NCBI RefSeq assembly: GCF_006345805.1
Contig: NC_042997.1
Span: forward strand, 29,016,001-29,080,000
Direction of reading: 5' to 3'
Source: Octopus sinensis
Taxonomy: Eukaryota
DNA: 64,000 nt
Shown: positions 13,630 to 25,955 of the stretch, piece after piece
How the letters are laid out: the number at the start of each line of letters is the position of its first letter
Position numbering within the stretch: position 1 is the stretch's first letter
Translations under genes and position numbers: made by a program
The notes under the pieces: generated by a model
What the model was told of the DNA's origin: nothing
Databases searched by the model: none
The model's input: the letters and a program-made list of their open reading frames with translations, nothing else

Positions 13630-13790
13630 GTATATAAATAGAAAACAAAAAATGGAACAAGAACGTATCAGGCAACAACAAAAATTCCAGACTCTTCGAC
13701 GATACAAAAATGGACAGGAAATAGCAAGGATGGGTGATGCAGAACTTCCTATCCTCAGTAGAGTATCGGATTATCTTAGCAGTTTCGCTT
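13630..13790 (-). repeat. Copy of the ~130-bp module that forms the inverted ends of the 15.1-15.7 kb element
   Basis: The reverse complement reads gataatccgatactctactgaggataggaag...atccttg..., collinear with 15590-15730. Confidence 0.6.
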
Positions 13791-13800
13791 GATTGTCGTG

Positions 13801-13947
13801 ACTTTCCAGACTAGCACCTGCTTTTCATCTTTCCCCCACTTTCCAGACTAGCACCTGCTTTTCATCTTTCCCCCCACTTTCTAGACTAGCACCTGCTTTT
13901 CATCTTTCCCCCCACTTTCCAGACTAGCACCTGATTTTCATCTTTCT
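13801..13947. repeat. 37-38 bp minisatellite, 4 copies
   Basis: actttccagactagcacctgcttttcatctttccccc starts at 13801, 13838, 13876 and 13914 (last copy partial). Confidence 0.95.
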
Positions 13948-13949
13948 CT

Positions 13950-14450
13950 AAAGCAGCCCATTTTCGTTTGTCATGAGTTTTCTTTGTCGTAGATACTTAC
14001 TGAAGGATGACCTGCCGTGATTGATTAGGCGCAGAAATGAGAAAAGGCTGGAACATCACCAGTGTTTCCATGAACATGGATAAGCGTGGTCACCGGTGAT
14101 CAGTGCTTTATTTTCATGTTTTGACTCCTTGACAAAGCTACAATGTTAGAACAAGCATAGTCCGAGCTTGGAACATAGCACATTAAATTTTGACTGGCAG
14201 CAGTAGTAATCTTTCGGCATGGTATTGCGGTCCACTTTGGCGATATGAATTGCGTTTTTGGCAGGCAAATGCCATAATGATGTCTGGGAGAGTATGGGTG
14301 ACAGCAAATATTAACTGCCTACTCCACACATCAGAAGAGATTTTGTCCAAGTGTCATTGATAATTTCCAGAAATATCTGGCGATACAGTGCTTCCTGGTG
14401 GTGGTGAGGGACATCGTTGTTTCGAGTTAAATTCTTTTTTCAAAAACGTA
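13950..14450 (-). mobile_element. Heavily decayed CR1/L2-group LINE RT N-terminal fragment
   Basis: A minus frame reads AKVDRNTMPKDY..LCSKL..ENKALITGDHAY..LINHGRSSFSKYL..NGLL*RKM, loosely collinear with KGD..P-x-NYRPI..SK..QYGFR..D-x-SKAFD-x-VWH..LL-x-K. Confidence 0.4.
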
Positions 14451-14494
14451 CCCTAAGTTGGGCCATTCTGGAATGCGAGAAAAAGAAAGAAACT

Positions 14495-14755
14495 GTTCTG
14501 CATTGTCTTCTTGAATAAGACTTTTTCACGTTGTTCTCGCTTACCCACCTGCAGAAATGAGTTGCGACATGACAGCTGCCAAGCTGTATCGGCCTTTGAC
14601 TTTCCCTTGGATAATACTGGTGGCCTGGAGAGAGGGAGCCTGTATGCATGGTCAACTGCTGGTCTTCTATAAACAAACATGCCCGGACTAGTGACTGGGA
14701 GGGTAACATTTTACATGCAATCCCATGGTCAGTCATGATCGAAGGGTGTCTCAGC
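14495..14755 (+). mobile_element. SINE body and 3' part (family C; head missing)
   Basis: ttcttgaataagactttttcacgttg...gccaagctgtatcggcctttgactttcccttggataa...gcaatcccatggtcagtcatgatcgaagggtgtct followed by (TA)n. Recognised as an octopus-type SINE from memory. Confidence 0.6.
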
Positions 14756-14802
14756 ATATATATATATATGTGTGTGCGTGAGTGTGTGTGTGAGTGTGTT
14801 TG

Positions 14803-14844
<42 letters not shown>

Positions 14845-15077
14845 AACACGCTTCGCTAAGCTAAAATTTCAATCACCTGAAGATTGACTGTAACCATAAC
14901 TCGAATTATTACGAATTGGACAGCCATGAAACGATCGTAGTGTTTTACTCATTGTCTTTTATTAAACTTTTAATAATTTTGATATATATTTAAAATAATA
15001 TAAATTAATTAACTTTATATATTCGCTTAAGTTTTTCATTGTTTGATTTACCTAATAGTGGTTTTATCTCTAATTTA

Positions 15078-15117
<40 letters not shown>

Positions 15118-15118
<1 letters not shown>

Positions 15119-15729
15119 CACATGTAAAATACAAAATGGGACAACAAAGCATCCAGATACACGATAGAAAGATAAAAAGGACGGGTCAATCGGAGCTTCC
15201 TTTCCTCAGTCGAGTTCCAGATTATTATTGCAATTTCGGCCCTCCCTTCTACCTCTTTCTCTCTTTTCTCTCCACGTGACCGGTGTTCGGCCAAGCTTGA
15301 TCTTTCTTTTATGGTTCGACCGTCGTCCATGCAACATGTATTCCTCTCTGTGCAGTGTTGAAACATTGTATCCCTGCCGTAAGGCTTTATTTCCACACAC
15401 GCCAACTTAATTTAATTCGTCCTTAATCGAAAGACACATGTTGTTATGTCCTGTTATTTGTATTTGTGTAACATTCTCCGTTTCTTTCCGTCCTTGTTTT
15501 CGTATATTCGCTACTTTATTCGAAGGGATTTCATGCTCTTAGCTTAGTTTTTCTTTGGCGCTGGCCAGATTGGAGCAATCTCGAGCATATCCAGCCGAAA
15601 TTGCAAAGATAATCTGGAACTGGACTGAGGAAAGAAAACTCCGAATGATCCATCCTTGTTTTCTTCGCATTGTCTATCTGGATGCTTTGTTTCCCTTTTT
15701 TGTATAACCTGTCTGGATGTTTTGTATTA

Positions 15730-15735
<6 letters not shown>
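15118..15735. mobile_element. ~620-bp non-coding element with ~125-bp imperfect terminal inverted repeats, embedded in (TA)n
   Basis: 15120-15240 (...aagcatccagata...tttcctcagtcgagttccagattattattgcaatttcggc) is the reverse complement of 15593-15730 (gccgaaattgcaaagataatctggaactggactgaggaaag...tatctggatgctt...). Confidence 0.7.
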
Positions 15736-15814
<79 letters not shown>

Positions 15815-15876
15815 TGTTAAATCAGATTCATAATGTTAATTCATACAGTTAATATATATATATATATATATAGATA

Positions 15877-15914
<38 letters not shown>

Positions 15915-15990
15915 AAAAAAAGGGGAAGGGAGAAACTGATATACATACATCAATTAATGGAAACAATTTCAAACAACATCAAACTCATAG

Positions 15991-16086
15991 AACCTACAAT
16001 CGTTTCTATGGTAAATTAATTCAAACTAGAAAAATTAAATTAGAGGTTCATAATGGATATAATTAATTGAATATTTCATCAGGATC
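15991..16086 (-). ncRNA. Candidate minimal type-I hammerhead ribozyme (core intact, stems weak)
   Basis: Minus strand gatc-CTGATGA-[long AT-rich stem II region]-GAAAC-gatt-GTA-ggtt. Stem I has 4 bp including two G-U pairs, and the stem II closing pair is not Watson-Crick. Confidence 0.35.
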
Positions 16087-16852
16087 AGAACATGTCTTAG
16101 CATTAAATTCAGACATGTTTGTTAATACAATACAGTTCTTAAGTAATTAATATCTTTTCTGGCATTTCGTACTCTCACAAGTAATAATGAAAGTTACGAA
16201 TAACTATTTAATTACAATTAACTGTATCCAAAATATCGTTTAGGCAACCTAACTGTTGCTTTGTTTTCCAGCACGTTAAAACACGCACGCGTACAAATGA
16301 ACTCAAAGAAAATTGCATGTGAACAAGTAACAGTTTTTTTCTTTAAATACGTTAGAATGTATGAATGCAAATATCTCAATTTCGATATAATTTGTTTTTC
16401 TATCAAATATCTCAATTTGGGTGTAATTTCTTTCTCTATCAAGTTCTGAAACTATGAAATTAGCTCTACTCATTATGAATCTCTAATTTAACATTTCTAA
16501 TTTGAATAAATTGGGTATAGAAATGATTGCAGAATATGTGTTTCATATTGTTCGAAATCGAATTTCTTTCAATTAACTGATATCTGCATAACACTTTCTC
16601 TATTTTATTTTGATTTGTATTATGCAAAAATGGTATTATACTCGTATCCATGAATGTGAAGATTACATCTTTTAGTATTTCACTGATACACTGCATAAAG
16701 TCAGGGAATCTCAAAGCTGACATGGCATTAAGTGTTGTTTTTATGGCATCGATATAATTATATATAGATATATATTTATATAATATTATATATATAGATA
16801 TATTATATATATATATATATTATATATTATATATATATATACACGCAAACAC

Positions 16853-16896
<44 letters not shown>

Positions 16897-16922
16897 ATAT
16901 GTATGTATGTATGTATGCATGC

Positions 16923-16970
<48 letters not shown>

Positions 16971-17132
16971 TACAGTCAATAGACTGCGATCATGCTGCAG
17001 CATGTTGGGGTTCGAATCAAAGTAATGGACCTCAGCACTTATTCTTTGTACATGTAGTACAAATATATACACATCCCTCTCTCTCGCTCTCTGTCTCTCC
17101 CTTCACACACACACGCACATACACACTCACAC

Positions 17133-17182
<50 letters not shown>

Positions 17183-17199
17183 GCATCTAAGGATGCTTG

Positions 17200-17612
17200 C
17201 AAGTGCATGTGTTAAGGCTTCATTTCCACACATGCCAGCTGAATTCAATTCGTCCCCAGTCGAAAGACACCTGTTGTTATGTGTTGTTATTATTATTATT
17301 ATTTTTTTTTTGTAATTTGCATTTATATTTGTGTAACATTGTTTGTTTTTGTGTCATTGTTTTCGTATATATTCGATGCTTTCTTCCAAGGAATCTAATG
17401 TTCTTAGCTTACTTTTTCCTCAGGGCTGTCCAGGTTGGAGCAATCTCAAGATTAATCTGCCGAAATTGTGAGGATGATCCGTTTCTTGACTGAGGATAGA
17501 AAGCTTCGAATGACCCGTCCTTGTTTGTTTTTTGTACGGTCAATCTGGACGTTTTGTTGTCCCTTTTTGTATCACCTAGATGTCCGGATGTTTTGCATTC
17601 TTGTTCCATTGT
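17200..17612 (+). mobile_element. Second, diverged copy of the right half of the 15.1-15.7 kb element
   Basis: aaggcttcatttccacacatgcc...gaaagacac...ggagcaatctc...gccgaaattg...gactgagga...gtccttgttt is collinear with 15380-15730 and ends in (TA)n. Confidence 0.7.
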
Positions 17613-17695
17613 GTATTATATATATATAAATATATATATATATATAGCGGCGTACATACACTTTGTTCTCTTATATATGTATATATATATATATG

Positions 17696-17767
<72 letters not shown>

Positions 17768-17929
17768 GTGTGTGTGCCACAGAAAACTGTTTACTTCAGA
17801 TGACTACATGAATATTATTACGAAGGATATTTTTTAAAAATTAACATAACCAAAACAATATACATTCAAGTGTTTTAATGGGAGGAGAACACCACCCCAA
17901 CACTTACTGGGCGGTGTGTATTTCAGACA

Positions 17930-18170
17930 CTCTAGCCTGAGTAGAGGTTAGTCGGCTTGTTAGCAAGGGGGATTATGAATGATATCCCAGACTCCACACT
18001 CAGTAATGGAGAAAGGGGTGGCTCTCTTCATTAAGATGCAATTCAGTTAGAGGTTCAGTTTCAAAAGCGAAAAGGTGAAAGGGTAAGAATCAAAGACTTA
18101 TGATTATATCTACCTCCTTTATTTTTAAGGGTATTTGAGATGGAGACAAAAATGCCAAAATTTATCTTGT
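17930..18170 (-). mobile_element. Penelope-like (Naiad-type) GIY-YIG endonuclease C-terminal remnant
   Basis: Minus-strand pieces NHKS..FETE..SN*I..KRATPFSIT..NKPTNL resemble RYNNHKSSF...TELS..IW.LK.....I-x-W...C-x-LC. Confidence 0.4.
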
Positions 18171-18966
18171 TAACAGACAAGGAAAAAAAGACGAAAATAG
18201 GAAAATAGAATAAAGATAAAGGAAGAAAGAGAAAAAAGAAAGTGAGAATAAGGGAAAAGGGGAAAGCTAATACCTGATAGCATATCCGTCGTCATTATAC
18301 GAGAGAAACATATTATAGTAAGGAAGAGAAATTAAGATACATAAGAAATTTTGAGAAAATGGAGTTTTAAGGATGAAAGGGATTGTGAGGTCCTAATATG
18401 GAATTTGGGAACAAATAAAATGGAAATATGAAAACCTCATTAAACAGCAAAATTATAATATTATAATAGTACTAAATATTCTAGAATAATAATAAAAGTA
18501 ATTAAAATATAATTAAAAAGAAAATAAATAATATGTAGAAAAAAAATTTTAGAAATCGTAGGCTGCAAGTAATACAGGGTATGCAAGCAGTGTGAAAATA
18601 ATGGTAGTAATAATGACTTCTTGTATTTGCCACAAGGGCGAAGGATAGAGGGGATAAAATACATACTTAAAATGTTGGTGTTAACATATCATGAAATGAT
18701 AAAAATAGAGCAAGAACATAAGAAAATAAGGATAATGACATTAAATAATAGACAAATGTCATGCAAAAAAATATCGTATTAGTTCTGGAAAATGTGACAC
18801 GTAAATACTTTGAATAATAAAAAGGGAAAAATAGCGTCTTATAGATTATAAGCCGTCAGATACTGTAAGAAAATTATATGAATAAAATATTCATAAGTTA
18901 TATGATTATAAATATACAGCCAGTTTCACATTTAAGTACCTTATTCAACTGTATCCTGTCATATAG

Positions 18967-19037
<71 letters not shown>

Positions 19038-19056
19038 TTAATAAATTAGAGACATA

Positions 19057-19093
<37 letters not shown>

Positions 19094-19097
<4 letters not shown>

Positions 19098-19317
19098 GCG
19101 AGCTGGCAGAAACGTTAGCACATCGGGCGAAATGCTTAGCGGTATTTCGTCTGTCGTTACGTTCTGAGTTAAAATTCCGCCGAGGTCGACTTTGCCTTTC
19201 ATCCTCTCAGGGTCGATACATAAGTACCAGTTTCACACTGGGTCGATGTAAACGACTTAATCCCTGTGTCTGTCCTTGTTTGTCCGCTCTATGTTTAGCC
19301 CCCTGTGGGTAGTAAAG

Positions 19318-19320
<3 letters not shown>
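19094..19320 (+). mobile_element. tRNA-derived SINE, family B, full length, within (TA)n
   Basis: The head ggcgagctggcagaaacgttagcac...gttctgagttaaaattccgcc has A/B-box-like motifs; the body is gaggtcgactttgcctttcatcct...gggtcgata..aagtaccag. Confidence 0.85.
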
Positions 19321-19393
<73 letters not shown>

Positions 19394-19394
19394 T

Positions 19395-19437
<43 letters not shown>

Positions 19438-21608
19438 CCTAATCCGAGGCGGAGAGGTGTTTTTCAGGACATTTATAATGAAATAGTCTTACAGTTGCTT
19501 GTGTGATACTATGGATAATTCTTTATCAGGGACGGTGGGAGAAAATATTTGAGTTCGAATTTTTGTGAAAAATATAGGGAATATAGAGGAAAATAAGAGA
19601 ATAAAAGTAGAAAGAAGATATATTGATATTGTAGTTGCAGTTCCATTATTCGAGGAAAATGGTGTGATAAAAAAGTTTCCTGTACATGGTGTGTAAGTTC
19701 CAATAGCAATTCATATTTGGTCATTGTAAGGTATGGAGCCGTGGAATCAGTGTTGCTCGTTCGAAAGCGGTTTTTTGGTGTAAATTAACATTTGAGAATG
19801 TATTTGTAGTATATATGGATAGATGGAGGGGTCACAAATGTCTATGATTAAAAAGAGGAGAAAGGTCAATTCTAAAACAGAAAGAGAAAATGAGAGAAAG
19901 AAAGAGAGTAAAAGAAAAAAGAAAAAATGGGGAGAGACAAAAACAAAGTGTAAAAAGGAAGAATGGGAAGAAAGTGAGGGAGGGTGAGTTAGTTAGTAGT
20001 CAAGGTAATGAGATGGGAGGCTGGGAGAGATGTGGGGCTGGGAGAGGAAGAGATGAGAGATGAGAGGGCAAGAAGTAAAAATGCGAGATATATATACATA
20101 CATATATATGCATCCTATTTTTTTTTCAAAAACGCTCGGTAGAATTTAATGTAGGTTTCAGTGATAATTGAATACCAAAATAATACGAACTGTATGTATA
20201 CCGTATTAAATAATTTAATTGCCAATCTTGAAGTTCGCAATGAAATTTTGCCTTTTTTTAAAACACTTAACCTACCCAATAGAGAAAATATAGGTTATGC
20301 AAACTCTAAGAAATTCCCTAAGTACTTAGGAAACAAACCAACAAGTGTAAAGAGAAATAGAGCAAACAATAAATTATTGAATCCTTCATGATAATATAAC
20401 GCACTAATATATGGTTGTTACGTCACTAATATATAAATGTTATGTCAGATTATGGAGATTTCTAAAATTCAAATTGTATGTCTGTCATTTTGCGATTCCG
20501 AGCATCTTCATTGAAAGTTTAATTTGAGTTGAATCAGGCGCTGATAAAGGAATTTCAAACCACAAAACTAACATTTTTTCACTTGTGTGGTTTAGATGTG
20601 AGGTAACTAATATAAATTTCGATAGCATTTGCTCAACTGACTTTCCTCTCTTTCCTGTTTTTTGATAACAAAATAACATTGAATGAAATGGCAGCATTCG
20701 TATAGCTGATGCAAATGATCCTAGCGTGAAGATATTTTTCTTTAGATACGTCAAGTATGCAAGAAAAATCAGTAGTTGTAATGAAAACATTCCTTCTCGC
20801 AATAGTCTTAAGATATAATGAAGAAATAATAATTAGCAGCAGAATAAGTTCCAAGTTATCAGGTATGGACTTACCTCAAGTAAAATAACAATACTGTTTC
20901 TTTTGAATAGTAGGTAGTTCCCTATTAAATTTTCATTTTCTATGTTATTTAATAAGTTTCTATATCTCACCGACTCTTTTTAATTTTGAAGTCTATTTGC
21001 CTAAACCCATATGTACTTATCACCATCGTCTCTATGTGGTTATAATTCCTTCCCGAGTCACATAGATTCATACGGAGGATTTCCCGGTTTATGTGGTGCA
21101 TTTCCTTCCCACTGGACGTGACACTGGTCCAAGGTAGCCGTAAGAGATATTATTAGAATAATGAGTAACGAAAAGATAATGATGTTACTGAATAACAAAG
21201 CAGGCATAATATATCATTACGTCATTCAATGAAGATAGAAAAATGAGTTTAAATGACTTTGAATAAACACGTTGAAACTCCAATAGAGGTTTCACACTCA
21301 GTAGCGTGTTAGTGAATTACTGTGAATATTTTTGTGGACTCTAATGTGAACAATACTATATATAATTGCAAATTTTACCTTAAAACATAAGTGTGATTAA
21401 GGAAAATAATGTATATAATGTCTTGAAACGCATTCTGTAAATCAATATAAATGTTGATTATCGGTGTAAATCTCATAGGTGACGTCTTAGGAATTATAAA
21501 TAAAGCAAAACTTCAAACTGGATATTTGACAGATGATGAATTGCCTCATATATACGTATATATAAATGATGAAGAAAATGGAAGGCGGATTTGGCATTAG
21601 TCTTTATT

Positions 21609-21711
21609 CATTACGACAAACGTTTCGACTTATCCTGCAAATCACGTGTACGATTCTTGCAACTAATTGTGTTGCAACAATCTGTGCTGTTTGTGTCACA
21701 TCAGGCATATG
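21609..21711 (-). ncRNA. Candidate hammerhead ribozyme with one core substitution
   Basis: Minus strand catatgc-CTGATGT-gac...gtc-GAAAC-gttt-GTC-gtaatg. A9 is changed to U, stem II is gac/gtc, and stem I has 6 bp with one bulge. Confidence 0.4.
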
Positions 21712-22177
21712 CATAAAAAAGGGGATATCCCGCTAGATATACTAAGAAGTCTTAGACACATCTTTCGTGGCTGGTGTATCTTTGTTACGACCGACTGCAG
21801 TTGTCCATGCGTATATACAAATAAAGTGAGAAAATATAGAGAATACAACTAATCAAAGAAAAATTAGATTTAGGTTAACAGGATGGGTGTCTAGGACCGG
21901 AGGTTCACACCACTCCCCGTTCATCTAAATCTACTTTTTCTTTGATGAGTTGTATTCTCTATGTTTTGTCACTTTCATTTTTACGGTATATATATCTTCC
22001 GTTTCTTTAACTAATTATTATCTCAACTGAGACTGAAGAATTCCTGAAGTAGATCCAGCGGAAATATACATAAACCGTATATGGAAGCAGATGTTCCAAC
22101 CTCTAAACATGCTTTACTTAACACGTTAATTTACATATAACCATTAGCAAAAAAAAACATATATATATATATATATC

Positions 22178-22241
<64 letters not shown>

Positions 22242-22626
22242 ATATATATATATGCGATCATACTGTTGTGTCAAGGGTGTGTTATTCTCTTTTAGTGCCT
22301 TAACATTTAACACACTCATTGGTAAAATTTTCACTCATTTACTTATTTATATTTCGAAAATTTTCGTTTCGTCTTTCAAACTTTTCAGTAGCTGTTGACT
22401 CTATTCGTTATCCAAGCTGCGTTGTTTTTGTTTGTTTGTTCGCATGTGTGTTGGTCAGTGTGCGTGTGCATACACATGTATATATGTGTGCATGTATGTG
22501 TGCGTGTGTGTGTGCATATATATATATGTACTATATACGTGTGCATGTAGGTATTCGAAGTATTCATGTGTTTCTGTGTTCGGATTTGGGTGTTTTCATG
22601 TGTATGTTTACCTCTGTCTTCTTCTA

Positions 22627-22688
<62 letters not shown>

Positions 22689-22774
22689 ATAAAATAATCA
22701 AGGGTAGAAATTGATATTAGTCAATTAAAACCAGTGGTCTAGCATATTAAAAAGAATCCGAAGATTAAAATATT

Positions 22775-22983
22775 TATATATACCAATTAAGGATTGAACA
22801 CGAAAATTGGACAGTCAACATGCTAGATAGAGACGTCAAATCGCCATTCTCCACAAAGAGTATGTTCTCAATAAAAGTTTTTGTGCTGATTTTATTTTGA
22901 GAACATACTCTTTGTGGCTAATGGCGATTTGACGTCTATATCTAGCATGTTGACAGTCCAATTTTCGTGTTCAGTCCTTAATT

Positions 22984-22992
<9 letters not shown>
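22775..22992. repeat. Fold-back palindrome, ~100-bp arms, ~13-nt loop
   Basis: 22775-22876 is the reverse complement of 22890-22992 with about 5 mismatches plus one short indel; the right arm runs into (TA)n. Confidence 0.9.
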
Positions 22993-23036
<44 letters not shown>

Positions 23037-23147
23037 TATATACTGATAAAAATTGTAAGACAACAAAAGAATTAAAGAGACCTCGATATTATGTAAATAG
23101 AGGAATTGATATGTAAAAGAAATATGTGACAATTATTTGGTAGCTAT

Positions 23148-23208
23148 GATAGAACTCCGAGTTTCGGCTGCCGAGGTGGAAATCCGCGACGCCATCTCTT
23201 CAGCTATC
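23148..23208 (-). ncRNA. Candidate type-I hammerhead ribozyme
   Basis: Minus strand gatag-CTGAAGA-g[atg gcgtcg...cggcagc]c-GAAA-ct-cgg-ag-TT-ctatc. It has a perfect 5-bp stem I, an intact core, a G10.1-C11.1 pair, a 3-bp stem III and a GUU triplet. Confidence 0.55.
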
Positions 23209-24082
23209 CGGCCATCCGAAAATTGCTATGAAGAATAACCGTTATACAAAGGGAAATTACTGTGTGGTTGACCGTTATTTTGACAAAAGAGCTATTTGAA
23301 TGACCGGTAAGTGAGGGTAGGGAGTAAAAGTAAGGGGGTAAAAAAGTTCATAGTATTCGCGTAAGTGTGCATGTTCATACCTAATCAGCGGCGCCCGCAC
23401 ACCCCCGGGCGTGCACCTAAGATTATACATCATCATCCGCACCATTCGCCAAATGTATATCTATACACATACAAACCGCGCACAAGCGCGCGCACCATAA
23501 AGGTTCATACGCGTGGTTTACTCTTTGTATACTCCCTAATACCTTTTTTTATGTAGTGTTACCCTTAGCCCTGTTTTTTCTTGTGCGTGTGCGTATATAG
23601 ACGTGTGTATTCACACACACGCAAATTCAAATATATATTTGTGTCATAATTCTCTCCAAAAATTTATCAGCAGGTGTTATGTAGAATAAATAATTTTTTT
23701 ATCTTATCTGAGGCTTTAAGCCAATGCTGACACAAACATATTATTTAGTGAATTGTATGTCATACACTATGGTCATATTGCCTATAATATATTGTATCAT
23801 AGTGACAGCTGGAGATAATATCTCATTATCAGTGTCTTCGAAATGAAATCATATTTAGCTGAGTTGCAGGAAATGCATCTTTTTTCGCGAAAAATATGAA
23901 TTTCTGCATTTGTCAACGGAGTAAATACTATATAATGAAAATGATGACGACAATGAGGACGACGTCAACGACGACGACGATGATGACAATGATGACGATG
24001 ACGCAGATGATGATGGGTATATTGATGTGGAGGAGTTACATGAAAGTGGCGGAAATTTCTTATATTATTGCCTATTATTATT

Positions 24083-24114
<32 letters not shown>

Positions 24115-24335
24115 GTATATATTTATTTATATATATGTGTGTGTGTGTGTGTGTCACTAGCCACTACACATTCTATATTTTCTTTCCTTGTTTCTCTCCT
24201 TGTTTCTTTCTGTGGAAGAGTGTAGGCTTGAAACGTTAAACAATTTTTCATTTTCCGAGTGTTATACCAATACTAATCTGTTTGCTGTCTACACCACCTG
24301 TCTTCGTCTTTTGTTGTTTTAATGTGATTATATTC

Positions 24336-24422
<87 letters not shown>

Positions 24423-25211
24423 TGTTAATAGCAGTGGAAAAGCTTCTCTGTCGATATTCATCGCAGTAACATTTTTACATGACGTTGTCTTTTGTTACGC
24501 ATTTACTGATATTTATTTGCATGCAGAGATCTGTTCGACTCATACTGAAATGTATTCTTGAAATATTAGTAAAATTATCTCATATTTCATAATGTTGTAA
24601 TTTGACCAGATACAAGATCTAACTTTGACCTACCATAATTTTAATTGTTCAAGTCCAGGTGGTGCATTTCATACTAATTCCTAATCATTTATTTCTGAAT
24701 TGTTCACTATTTTGGAAGTGCTCTCAAGATGCGTAGGATGAATTACAGAAGAATTTATCTTCAATCGAATTCAGGTACGAATTCGTTTTAATTAATATAA
24801 AGCGAAATAGTGGTGTTAAATCAATCGAAAAATTTGCTTTTTTCAATTTTACATATTAAATTACACCTTGGCAACAAAATTTTCCCCTTGAATATATATA
24901 AACAGCCAAAGAAACTGCGTAGCAAAATAGGAATAGAAGCAAAGCATTTCATAAATCACAGCATGCTGTAACAAGGTGAAGACATTTTCTAATATGGATA
25001 TAACTATAGCCCTAAAAGAAGTCGGAGGTCGTTCAAGAGTAGCGTGTAAGCAAGTTTCAGCTCAAAATAGAAATAATATATAGCTAAAGAATACTCTCAA
25101 ACATGCCCTCACATATAAGCATACATACAACAAGGAAAGAAACTTATATTGAAACATCAAACATATCCTCACAGTGGTTCTACAGTGGAACCATTTGGAA
25201 TGTTTCAAGGT

Positions 25212-25251
<40 letters not shown>

Positions 25252-25560
25252 CGAATGTAAACAACAAGAAATTACTAAGGATTGGACCTCTCGGCTCTCT
25301 CGCGACCAGCTCATAAAGTAAAGCACAACCTAACAAAATAACACATTATTGCCTGAAAATCATAAAAGATAACAAGTTTTGAAGGAACACGAAAATAACG
25401 GTGACATTTTTTTTTAATACTTTTTTTTTTACTTAATAGTTGTCCACATACAAAAACTTTCTTTCGCAGATGCCCGAAAGTGTCCTGCATACGACTACTG
25501 GGGCTGTTGGTACTTTATAACTACGTGTTTGGACGTTGATATTTCGGTATTTTAGGTGTA

Positions 25561-25955
25561 TACTCTTTTACTATTTTACTTGTTTCAGTCATTTGACTAC
25601 GGCCATGCTGGAGCACCGCCTTTAGTCTAGCAAATCGACCCCAGGACTTATTCTTTGTAAGCCTTGTACTTATTTTATCGGTTTCTTTTGCCTAGCCGCT
25701 AGGTGACGGGGACGTAAACACACCAGCATCGGCTGTCAAGCAATGCTAGGGGGACAAACACAGACACACAAACACACACATACACACCTATATACGACAG
25801 GCTTCTTTCAGTTTCCGTCTAACAAATCCACTCACAAGGCTTTTTGGTCGGCCCGGGGCTATAGCAGAAGACACTTGCCCAAGATGCCACGCAGTGGGAC
25901 TGAACCCGGAACCATGTGGTTGGTTAGCAAGCTACTTACCACGCAGCCACTCCTA
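25561..25955 (-). mobile_element. tRNA-derived SINE, family A (the dominant family in the window)
   Basis: Reverse complement of the family A structure at 27595-28070: head ggagtggctgcgtggtaagtagcttgc..ggttccgggttcagtccc, internal CA/TA run, tail (gtaaaaga)-like. Confidence 0.9.

Noticed and set aside
13801-13947. 37-38 bp repeat array as a CRISPR array
   Set aside because: The units are directly adjacent with no unique spacers, there are no cas genes, and the context is eukaryotic. It is a minisatellite.
15180-17525. ctgagga...ccgaa...gtc motifs in the TA-embedded family as hammerheads
   Set aside because: No stem I can form, GAAA is incomplete, and the stem II register would consume core nucleotides.
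20161-20870. Possible hAT-like decayed coding region
   Set aside because: Only vague resemblance (LIANLEVR, AIPSIFIESL); no diagnostic motif.
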